From an uncultured Methanosarcinales archaeon (GTDB lineage: Archaea > Nanobdellota > Nanobdellia > Woesearchaeales > GW2011-AR9): DNA of 21,095 nt. Both the position numbers and the translations under genes were made by a program. The DNA lies in NCBI GenBank assembly GCA_964344235.1, contig CAYFMJ010000014.1, forward strand, positions 1 to 21,095, in the 5' to 3' direction. Below are positions 9,605-17,513 of this stretch, one piece after another. The notes under the pieces were generated by a model that saw only the letters and a program-made list of their open reading frames with translations, was not told the DNA's origin and did no database searches. Position 1 is the first letter of the stretch. Each line of letters starts with the position of its first letter.

Positions 9605-11079
9605 CTAATACTGTATCCCTTATTTTTCTTTATGAAGTCTTTTGCTAGATTTAATTTGAACTTACTCACCGCATAGATTGTGTAAAGGGTTTCATTCCGT
9701 TTGACGGTTTGATGAATTTTTTTGTTGAGAAACATTCCTGCTCCTTTATCATCTGGGGCTCCGGCAAGACGAGCAATTTTAGCGATGATATGATTATCAA
9801 TTGTATGGATCTTCCCTGCTTTAGAAGATTTAACAATATGGCGATAATGACCAAGAGAGAGTTTCGGTTGTTTTCCCTGCGCTTTGATAATTTGTTGCAT
9901 CTTAGCCAACGCTTTTCCGTTTGTAAGAAGTTCCTGAGCAGCTTTCGCACCGGTTCTTTTTCTGTATTTCCCGGTCATCTCTAATAAAACACCTGCCATG
10001 CAGACTGCTTTCTTACGAAGGTCTTGCGGCGCAAGAGGATCATTCCTGAGAACAGCCATAACATCTTCTGCTTCGAGCAGTGGTCCGATACCATTACCAA
10101 TCGGGTGGGATCCGTCAGTAACGATAACAGAGACATTCGTCCCAAGTCTCCTACCGATTAATTCAAACATTTTTTTGAGATGTTTTGCTTGCTTCTTTGT
10201 CTTTGCTTTGACTTGTGGCCCCATTGGGATGTCAATAAGAATATGGTTAGCAGTGACAGAGTATTTCTTCGCCATAACAGAAGCAAGAAGTTGGCCTTCA
10301 GCATCAATGGAAAGAGGATGTTCAACTTCAATGATTTTATCATCAGCTGGTGCAAGATTCATAGACCCACCGTGAACAATGCAAGCCCCTGTTTTTTTGA
10401 TGATGGATTTAATTTTCTTCTCAGACAATTCAACTTTTGCTAAGCATTCCATTGTATCGGCAGTGCCTGCGGGAGAGGTAATAGCACGAGAACTTGTTTT
10501 TGGAATGGTAAAACCTGCAGCGGCAATGATCGGGATAACAATCATCGTCGTTCTGTTTCCAGGAACGCCGCCAATACAGTGTTTATCAAGTGTTAAGCCT
10601 TTAAACTTTATTTTCTGGCCAGTTTCAACCATTGCTTTGGTCATATTAACAACTTCTTCAGTACTCCACCCGTTAATGAATCCTGCAGACACAAAATAGG
10701 TTTTTTCAATAGGACTAAGACGGTCGTTGGTGATGTCATCGATAATGTGGTAGAGTTCTTTGTACGTTAATCTTTTCCCAAAGAGTTTGTCACGGATATG
10801 TTTTACTGATTCCGGTTTTCCAGTAAGATTCACCTGGACTTTTTGATTTTTCTTTATCTTTAATTTTTTAAGAACTTCTTCATACAATCCTACCTTCCCT
10901 TCAGGAACAGCCCTATTACTTTCCGAGATGTTAAGAAGGCAGGTTAATTCACTGTGATCAAATGAAAGAAGAATACGGTCGCCGGAATGAAGGTCGAGCT
11001 TTTTCGCATCTTTAATGTTTAATGTAGCAACAAACGGACCCCCCGTCTGTATGTCCATATCTTTTACACGAAATTCCAT
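9601..11079 (-). CDS. deoA: AMP phosphorylase (archaeal thymidine/pyrimidine-nucleoside phosphorylase family)
   Basis: An N-terminal extra domain, DKHCIGGVPGNRTT, PKTSSRAITSPAGTADTME, LAPADDKII and SVMAKK; 492 aa. Confidence 0.9.
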   Translation of the reverse strand: MEFRVKDMDIQTGGPFVATLNIKDAKKLDLHSGDRILLSFDHSELTCLLNISESNRAVPEGKVGLYEEVLKKLKIKKNQKVQVNLTGKPESVKHIRDKLFGKRLTYKELYHIIDDITNDRLSPIEKTYFVSAGFINGWSTEEVVNMTKAMVETGQKIKFKGLTLDKHCIGGVPGNRTTMIVIPIIAAAGFTIPKTSSRAITSPAGTADTMECLAKVELSEKKIKSIIKKTGACIVHGGSMNLAPADDKIIEVEHPLSIDAEGQLLASVMAKKYSVTANHILIDIPMGPQVKAKTKKQAKHLKKMFELIGRRLGTNVSVIVTDGSHPIGNGIGPLLEAEDVMAVLRNDPLAPQDLRKKAVCMAGVLLEMTGKYRKRTGAKAAQELLTNGKALAKMQQIIKAQGKQPKLSLGHYRHIVKSSKAGKIHTIDNHIIAKIARLAGAPDDKGAGMFLNKKIHQTVKRNETLYTIYAVSKFKLNLAKDFIKKNKGYSIS

Positions 11080-11133
11080 TAGCCCCTCTTTTTATGATAG
11101 AATAAAATATGTTAAAGTTATATAGGTTTTGGT

Positions 11134-13098
11134 TTAGTGTTTTCTTTTAATCAAATAACTGCCAACAATGATCAAAGCGATGAGTGCTGCAAGCAGCGCA
11201 GGAACATGCCACCCCTCTAACCGATAATCGGCAGCCGCTGGTTCCGGTTTGGTTAATTCTTTAGGAGGAATTTCTGCCGCGGGTTGTGTTTCCGCTTCTC
11301 CTTTAGTTGTTTCGGGAACAATGGGCCGTTCTTTTTCTCCAATTATAAAATAGCTGAAGCCAGGAGTTTCTGTCTGGAGGTAAAGGTAGTCTAGGTCTTC
11401 AGCAGTAATCGTTGTAGGAAGTTCTACCCATTCTGTTGTGTGTCTAAACATAGCAACGTCATCTTTATCCAAGTTGTTTTCAGTTAACCATGATTGCTCA
11501 ACTTTGGAACGAATGTGGATAGAACCAAAGTCGTCGATCTTAAAATTCTTCGGCGTGAACTCTAAAATACGGAAGGTAAACCGATCAAAAGAAGTCGTTT
11601 CTCCCAGGGGAATGGAATCAAGACGTTCAATTTTTAACTGGGGACCCTTAACGTCTCTCGTCACAGTAAAGATGATTTCTTCAAAGCCGACGTTATCGTT
11701 ACCATTAACAGTGACTTTCTCATCTTTGTAAATCAGGGACCAAATCATATTAAGACTGTTAGCAACTTTGACACCAACACCAGAACTGCCACCAGCACCA
11801 GGACTCGAATCACTGCTGGAAGAACTGGAAGAAGAACTGGATTCCGTAGTATCGTTAGATTCTAAGGTGTAATTACTAAAACTGCTGATGTTCGCATATA
11901 AAATGCCGTTTACATCATCATACGTTACGTTACAGAGATCTAAACCGTCTGCACACGCAACCCCATCTTTAAGGAGCCGAGGAGTAGTAGCAAAAGAGAG
12001 ATCATAAAACTCAAGTTCCGCGGTGTTGTTGAGATTAATACTATCTTTCGAGGTTCGTAAGCCAGCCTTATGTTCTTCTAAAAAGACAGTTACTCCAAGC
12101 TCTAAACTCATATTAGTCGTAACGTTAATTTGAGACCAGTTGATTTTACTGTAGCCATTACTGTAAATGATATCATTAGTGAAAGCAGCACCAGTGTCAT
12201 CATAGAATGATGCATTAACAGAGCTGATGGTCGTGTTGACAAATGAATTGTTGTCAGGTGTGCCGCTAAACCCTAGGGAAAGAAGTTTAATCCCATAGGC
12301 TGTATCATTGGTTGTTGTAATATTTGTATTAATGAAAGTATTGTTAACCGTGTTATTCCAATCACAGAGGGTACAGCTACCGCCGCTAGAGATGGAGATT
12401 AGTGCTGAACTGGAAGAATTTGCAGCATTTGTCATATTGTTGTTTATGATAGTGGAGTTGCCTAGACCTCCCGTAGATTGGATTCCAAAGTTTGTTTCAT
12501 TATCACCTAGACTGATGAATAAACTATCAGCAACGGTGATGTTTTCTTTGGTACTGCTCCCAAGATCGATGAGTTTTGAATCTGGAAGGTTGGAGTAGAA
12601 CGCGCATGAACTTATGTTTGTGTGGCTTGCTTCTGTTTCGTGAGAGAATCCAGTAGGCGCGTTATTTGCAGTCTCAGAATCGTTAAAGGTCATATTGTAA
12701 AGCGTTAGGTGAGATACGTTTTTCGTTCGAATACCGGCGTTCGTGTAGTTGAGAATGGTGAGGTTGAAGATAGTGATGTTCTCTACAGCTGCCGATTCAT
12801 TTCCAATAACGAAACCATCCGTTTTACCATCTGAAGCCCCTGTTCCATTAACGATAATAGTTGTACCATTGCCATCAATACTAACATTAGATGTCATGAT
12901 TGTGATGCAACCTGCAACAGAGAGATTAGTGAAACTTTGGTTAATAACATATTCACCGGGAGTTTCGATGTCATTGTTCTTCCCAGCTGTACGACAATCA
13001 TCAATGATCGTTGCGGCATAAGACGTTGCAGTAAGCGTGAAGAGAATTGTGCAGACGAGAAATAATAGTCCCACAGTACTTCTAACACCCCTTTTCAT
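11134..13098 (-). CDS. PGF-pre-PGF domain surface glycoprotein with a parallel beta-helix-like N-terminal region
   Basis: Signal peptide, N/T/S-rich beta-helix-like repeats with 33 N-x-S/T sequons by my count, poly-Ser/Gly linker, a domain ending ETPGFSYFIIG, then a TM helix and basic tail. Confidence 0.85.
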   Translation of the reverse strand: MKRGVRSTVGLLFLVCTILFTLTATSYAATIIDDCRTAGKNNDIETPGEYVINQSFTNLSVAGCITIMTSNVSIDGNGTTIIVNGTGASDGKTDGFVIGNESAAVENITIFNLTILNYTNAGIRTKNVSHLTLYNMTFNDSETANNAPTGFSHETEASHTNISSCAFYSNLPDSKLIDLGSSTKENITVADSLFISLGDNETNFGIQSTGGLGNSTIINNNMTNAANSSSSALISISSGGSCTLCDWNNTVNNTFINTNITTTNDTAYGIKLLSLGFSGTPDNNSFVNTTISSVNASFYDDTGAAFTNDIIYSNGYSKINWSQINVTTNMSLELGVTVFLEEHKAGLRTSKDSINLNNTAELEFYDLSFATTPRLLKDGVACADGLDLCNVTYDDVNGILYANISSFSNYTLESNDTTESSSSSSSSSSDSSPGAGGSSGVGVKVANSLNMIWSLIYKDEKVTVNGNDNVGFEEIIFTVTRDVKGPQLKIERLDSIPLGETTSFDRFTFRILEFTPKNFKIDDFGSIHIRSKVEQSWLTENNLDKDDVAMFRHTTEWVELPTTITAEDLDYLYLQTETPGFSYFIIGEKERPIVPETTKGEAETQPAAEIPPKELTKPEPAAADYRLEGWHVPALLAALIALIIVGSYLIKRKH

Positions 13099-13119
13099 AT
13101 GTGAGAAAGAATTTTAGGG

Positions 13120-13127
13120 TTTATAAA
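13120..13127 (-). promoter_or_regulatory. TATA box of the PGF-pre-PGF gene
   Basis: TTTATAAA lies 21 nt upstream of the ATG at 13098. Confidence 0.5.
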
Positions 13128-13133
13128 TGTTTT

Positions 13134-15926
13134 TTAGCGGTTTGTTCTTGTTGGTCGTCTGTACTCTCGCTGAAGTCTTGTTTTAGAAGTGTCGGTGATT
13201 TTCTCTTGCATGGAATTAATTTTTTCATTATTCCAAACAAGTGTTCTATCTCGCGTAGGTCTTTGTAGATGGACATTACGTTTTGTTAGTACAATGTCGT
13301 CGATGATAAAGAATGACGTGGCGAATGTATTGGTGCCGGTTTCTTTAATGGAAACTTTAATGTTTTCTGTTCCTTTAGGAACTTTACTTAGAGGGATAGT
13401 GGCTGTTTTCCAATCTTTGGTGTAGGAAACTTCAACTGCGTTGTCTGAAAGAATGTTGTTGTTTTTATCTAGGAGGCTTAAGGTGAAAATCCCTTTGACA
13501 TCTGGGTGGTTCATTTTATATTTTGCTTGCAGACCATAACGCATGATACCGTTGTTTGCTAACTTCGATTCACACAGTAAAGAAACCGTTTGCTTCATTT
13601 CACCTCCCGGATGTAAGCCGAATCCATGATTGCCATTAGTCCCCGCAGTGATTGCGACATCACCAGAGGTTTCCCATTGTTGTAAATATTGTAATGCTTT
13701 GCCATTTCTGACTTGCGATTCTATTTTAATGTTAAAGTCTTTGTCTTGTTGCAGGGTTTCGTAATGAGTAGGGGTTTCAACGCCATTGATGGTAACTCTC
13801 AAATTCTCTTCTGGTGTTGTCGTAATTGCAATAGGTAAACCGGTGAAATACACTCCGCTAAATTCAGTGTCCTGCATCTGTAACGTGTTTACGAGCACGT
13901 TTCCACCACACGTGGGAGTTGTGATAGTAACGTCAGCAGTGCCGGTTGGTTCTTCGAAGTATTCAATAATGTGGGTTCTGAGGTAATCAGGTCGCTGTTC
14001 GGCGAATCCACGTATTACGTTGATTCTTTTCTTCCAGATATTTAGGTAGGATTCCTCATCTGAAGAGGGATACGTGGCCCAACGGTTAAAATGTTGGAAT
14101 ATTTCTGGTTCAAGTCTGTTTTCAAAAACATCAATCTGGGGTGTTACTATGTCTGTATGGAAATGAGTGTTGAGCAAGTCCGCAAAGCGAATGATGAACT
14201 GTTCTTGAAGAGCAGAGTTACGTAAGACGTCGCCAATTGGTACGGGCGAAGGGTACAGTTCTTGCACAGTTAAAAATTCTGCAAAGTTGTTTTCCATAGC
14301 AGGGGTTTTGAATAGTTCTATGGAGGGATTACCAGAATGCTTGCCCATACTCATGTCTGTATCGTGGAGCATCCATCGCCAAACACCGCCTTCTTTGGGT
14401 TTCCAATAGCGAACATTTGGCCAGTCGTCGTTGGAGATATAGATCTGTGTGGCGTAATAGTCAAACATGTTACTAATGTCATATTTTGTGGCAATGAAAT
14501 CGATAAACTCGGAAGTCTCAAAACCATTATCTTGACCGAATTGCCATATTGCGAAGTGGTCGTCTTGGAATTTTAGGTAGTTTTGATAATCCTCTTCAGA
14601 TGCTAAACCCCAATCGTACTCTGAACCAGTTTTACCATCAACAACCATGACCTCTTCAGGGTCAAGATCGTAATGGTCTGCTAGGAAATATTTGTCATGT
14701 CGCTCTCGTAAATAATAGATGCCCCAATATTCTCCATTAATGAACACAATCACAGGAGATGAGGCTTGTGTGTCCATGTCTAAATCGTCTACAAGAGAAT
14801 GAATAAAAGGGTCGCGCATGTGAACGCTTCTGGCCGATTGAGGGACACCGTCCTGCCCAGCGTTTCGCACGATAATTCGCTTATAGCTTTCAAGAGAATC
14901 TTCACCAAACAGAGGATATTCGATTCGGTCCTGACCATACTTCTCTTTGGCATAAATACGAAACGGAGATTGGAAAAGTTCAGGATATCCTGGGTTGTGA
15001 CTATGCCGTTTTCCATCGACGGTCATGGCGAAGGCAAGTTCTTTCTCTTGGTTGTAATACTCCATCTCCAGCGTATGAAATTGTTTATTAGCTTTCGAAG
15101 AAAATTCAGCCAAAAGACCTGTTTCTTTCGTGTATAAGTCAATTGGGTCTGCAATAAACGTGACGACAGGCAGAGTGTAGTCTTCATCAATAAGAAATGT
15201 TTTGGAAATTACTTCACTCTGTGCATCCCCAGATACTGTCATTGCTCTGATGGCGGTTGTATCTTCTATTTCGATAGGTTCGGTGTAAAGATTTTGTTCA
15301 CTCACTGTTGGGAGGGAGCCATCTGTGGTGTAGAAGATTGTGTTATCGTCACCCGTTGTTAGTTCTAGAGTTATTGACTCATCATGGAAACCAGCGTCAT
15401 GGTTGAACGTTGGTGGTTCGATGATTTCAGTAAAGACATTTGCTTCTCCAGGAGTCGGTTCAATAAGGAGATTCCAGTGGTTTGTGCCATCGGGGATTCT
15501 ACCAAAAGAAATGTCTGGTTGTTGTGGGCCGAATTCTATGTTGTCTATTAACGTTGTGCCATCAGTGTCATACAATGTGATCAGTTCGCCGTTACTGCTC
15601 AGTTTAAAGTTAGTGTGTAATGGGCCGTCTTCTTCGTTGTCATCAGCTATGAATATGAGAAAAGATTCTGCGGGGATGATGACGTTATTAGGGATTTCAT
15701 ATTTTGTGGGGTTGTTTGCTTTATCGGAAAGGTACATCCCTGACAAGTCCATTGGTTGGTCCTCTGCGTTGTATAATTCAAACCAGTCTGGTGTTTTATC
15801 ATCAATTTCAAAATCGTCGTTTACTGCGAGAAGTTCATTGATGTATATTTCAGGAGCTGCGAGAGCAAGAGTTGAGGATAAAACGAGAATGAGTCCGAAT
15901 ATTACTGCCCACAGAGTGGATTTCAT
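13134..15926 (-). CDS. Secreted CotH-family protein kinase with a lamin-tail domain, an Fn3-associated/chitobiase-like domain and a C-terminal carbohydrate-binding-like domain
   Basis: Signal peptide; LTD (IYINELLA..DWFELYN..DLSGMYLSD); IFYTTDGSLP; CotH motifs (VFINGEYWGIY.LRER, NDDWP, WRWMLHDTD); a C-terminal beta-sandwich ending IDDIVL. Confidence 0.85.
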   Translation of the reverse strand: MKSTLWAVIFGLILVLSSTLALAAPEIYINELLAVNDDFEIDDKTPDWFELYNAEDQPMDLSGMYLSDKANNPTKYEIPNNVIIPAESFLIFIADDNEEDGPLHTNFKLSSNGELITLYDTDGTTLIDNIEFGPQQPDISFGRIPDGTNHWNLLIEPTPGEANVFTEIIEPPTFNHDAGFHDESITLELTTGDDNTIFYTTDGSLPTVSEQNLYTEPIEIEDTTAIRAMTVSGDAQSEVISKTFLIDEDYTLPVVTFIADPIDLYTKETGLLAEFSSKANKQFHTLEMEYYNQEKELAFAMTVDGKRHSHNPGYPELFQSPFRIYAKEKYGQDRIEYPLFGEDSLESYKRIIVRNAGQDGVPQSARSVHMRDPFIHSLVDDLDMDTQASSPVIVFINGEYWGIYYLRERHDKYFLADHYDLDPEEVMVVDGKTGSEYDWGLASEEDYQNYLKFQDDHFAIWQFGQDNGFETSEFIDFIATKYDISNMFDYYATQIYISNDDWPNVRYWKPKEGGVWRWMLHDTDMSMGKHSGNPSIELFKTPAMENNFAEFLTVQELYPSPVPIGDVLRNSALQEQFIIRFADLLNTHFHTDIVTPQIDVFENRLEPEIFQHFNRWATYPSSDEESYLNIWKKRINVIRGFAEQRPDYLRTHIIEYFEEPTGTADVTITTPTCGGNVLVNTLQMQDTEFSGVYFTGLPIAITTTPEENLRVTINGVETPTHYETLQQDKDFNIKIESQVRNGKALQYLQQWETSGDVAITAGTNGNHGFGLHPGGEMKQTVSLLCESKLANNGIMRYGLQAKYKMNHPDVKGIFTLSLLDKNNNILSDNAVEVSYTKDWKTATIPLSKVPKGTENIKVSIKETGTNTFATSFFIIDDIVLTKRNVHLQRPTRDRTLVWNNEKINSMQEKITDTSKTRLQREYRRPTRTNR

Positions 15927-15946
15927 TAGGGGTTGAGAGGAAGGAG

Positions 15947-15955
15947 ATATAAAAA
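15947..15955 (-). promoter_or_regulatory. TATA box of the CotH gene
   Basis: TTTTTATAT on the - strand lies 20 nt upstream of the ATG at 15926. Confidence 0.45.
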
Positions 15956-16060
15956 TGTTTTCTTTGGTGTTTGAAGTAAAACAATAATATTTTTAAAGAA
16001 TGGCTATCAAATCACTTCTGGGCGGGCCCATGGTCTAGTGGCTATGACAGTGCCCTTACA

Positions 16061-16106
16061 AGATATCGAGAACGCGTTCTCGGAACCTTTCATCGGTATC
16101 TCTGAA
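16061..16106 (+). other. tRNA intron at the canonical 37/38 position (46 nt, relaxed BHB)
   Basis: Two 3-nt bulges (16059-61 and 16105-07) flank a 4-nt central segment with only 2 pairs. Intron helix GATATCGA/TCGGTATC. Confidence 0.85.
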
Positions 16107-16128
16107 AGGCATTGATCGCCGGTTCGAG

Positions 16129-16147
16129 ATGGAGCAATCCACGAGTT
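16129..16147 (+). other. tRNA intron at the non-canonical T-loop position 59/60 (19 nt, strict BHB)
   Basis: Central helix TTCG/CGAG, bulges AGA and TTT, and an inner helix TGGA/TCCA closed by a GCAA (GNRA) tetraloop. Confidence 0.88.
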
Positions 16148-16173
16148 TCCGGCTGGGCCCACCATTTTTCATT

Positions 16174-16683
16174 ATGAAATTTACGCCAACAATCCCAAAT
16201 ATTCTCACAACAATACGTTTATTGTTATCTGTTCCATTATTTTATTTCATTATTCAAAATAATTATTTTGCGGCCCTGATTACATTCTTCGCTGCTATAG
16301 CTACAGAGATAGATGGGACCGTTGCCAGGAGATTTAAGCAGGAGACCGATTTTGGAGCAGTGTATGACCCGATAGTTGACGGAATTTTTATAGCTGCAGG
16401 ATTCGTTGCCCTTTTGATAGTTGGGGTTCTCCCCGTAGTTTTAATTGGGTTGCTAATATTGGTAAATATACCACGAATGGTTTTCATGAAGCTGTTTTAC
16501 CAGAAACAATCGAGATTTAGGTCCACCTTTTGGAGTAAGTTATCGGGATTACTGGCAACATTAATAATTCCATTGGTGTTAATTGATTTCTTATATCTTG
16601 AATGGTTTATCATAGGCATTATTATGTTTACAGGCATTATCATGATTAAAAGGTGGTTTGATTATAGAAATTTATTGGGTTAG
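16174..16683 (+). CDS. CDP-alcohol phosphatidyltransferase (PgsA-like)
   Basis: IPNILTTIR and the family motif DG..AR..(8)..G...D...D, with several TM helices. The ORF-track start at 16129 lies inside the tRNA, so the ATG at 16174 is used. Confidence 0.85.
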   Translation: MKFTPTIPNILTTIRLLLSVPLFYFIIQNNYFAALITFFAAIATEIDGTVARRFKQETDFGAVYDPIVDGIFIAAGFVALLIVGVLPVVLIGLLILVNIPRMVFMKLFYQKQSRFRSTFWSKLSGLLATLIIPLVLIDFLYLEWFIIGIIMFTGIIMIKRWFDYRNLLG

Positions 16684-16693
16684 AACCACAAGC

Positions 16694-16700
16694 TTTAAAA
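16694..16700 (+). promoter_or_regulatory. TATA box of scpA
   Basis: AAGC-TTTAAAA lies 22 nt before ATG 16723. Confidence 0.45.
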
Positions 16701-16722
16701 CAGAAATTCTATTCTTAGACGT

Positions 16723-17448
16723 ATGCAAGAACAAATTATGGACCTTGTGTTAAAGCAGGAAGAGGTTGGATGGAAAGATATTCTGTATGATTTAATCAAA
16801 TCAGAACAGATGGACCCATGGCATATTGATGTGACGTTATTAACGCAAAAGTATATTGCAACGATTAAAGAGATGCAGGAACATAATTTGCGAGTTTCAG
16901 GGAAGATTCTATTAGCAGCAGCGTATTTGCTGAAGATGAAGTCTGCTCATTTATTGGATAATGATATTAGTAAATTTGATTTATTGTTAAATCCGGAAGA
17001 AGAGTTTGAAGAAGAGTTCTTTGAAGAGAATGGTAGAGTGAGAAGAGATAAGGAGACGTTCCCATTAATTCCAAAGAACCCACAGCCGCGGAATAGGAAA
17101 GTTTCGATCCATGATTTAGTAAACGCGTTACAGAGAGCAATGGCTACGAAGAAGCGAGTATTACAGAAAATGAGGCCAGTGAAGTTTACGATGCCCTCTC
17201 GCAAGATAGATATTATGGAAGTTATCAAAGATGTCTATCATAAAGTGCAGTATTATAGTAAGAAAGATAAAGCTGAGGAGATTGCATTTTCTCGGTTGCT
17301 TCCTGCAAAAGCAGGCAGAGAGGATAAGGTGTTTACATTTCTACCATTGTTGCATTTAGAGAATGAGCGGAAGATTGCGATGGTGCAAGAGAATGCATTC
17401 GATGAGATTATGGTGAGTTTGAAGGGGAAGACTAGGAAAGCCAAATAA
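16723..17448 (+). CDS. scpA: Segregation and condensation protein A (SMC kleisin)
   Basis: MDPWHIDVTLLTQKY, SGKILLAAAYLLKMKS and a C-terminal winged helix with FLPLLHL...QENAFDEI. Confidence 0.9.
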   Translation: MQEQIMDLVLKQEEVGWKDILYDLIKSEQMDPWHIDVTLLTQKYIATIKEMQEHNLRVSGKILLAAAYLLKMKSAHLLDNDISKFDLLLNPEEEFEEEFFEENGRVRRDKETFPLIPKNPQPRNRKVSIHDLVNALQRAMATKKRVLQKMRPVKFTMPSRKIDIMEVIKDVYHKVQYYSKKDKAEEIAFSRLLPAKAGREDKVFTFLPLLHLENERKIAMVQENAFDEIMVSLKGKTRKAK

Positions 17449-17513
17449 CTCCATAAGTCTTTTAAATACTGGCATTAAATTCGGTCCTATAATAGATAGA
17501 TGTTTCTTTGACC

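Larger units (their letters stand above)
16024..16164 (+). tRNA. tRNA-Val(UAC) with two introns and encoded CCA
   Basis: Acceptor stem GGGCCCA/TGGGCCC, D arm GTCT/TGAC, anticodon stem GTGCC/GGCAT with TAC at 16057-16059, T arm GCCGG-TTCGA/CCGGC, and ACCA 3' end. Removing 16061-16106 and 16129-16147 gives a 76-nt cloverleaf. Confidence 0.95.

Noticed and set aside
11810-11845. Short tandem GAACTGGA/GAA repeats
   Set aside because: They simply encode the poly-Ser linker.
11134-16164. tRNA-anchored genomic island containing the CotH and PGF-pre-PGF genes
   Set aside because: No integrase, the genes lie on the tRNA 5' side, and I found no duplicated tRNA 3' end.
16129-16173. N-terminal extension of the phosphatidyltransferase ORF
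   Set aside because: Its ATG is inside tRNA intron 2; the ATG at 16174 matches the family N-terminus.
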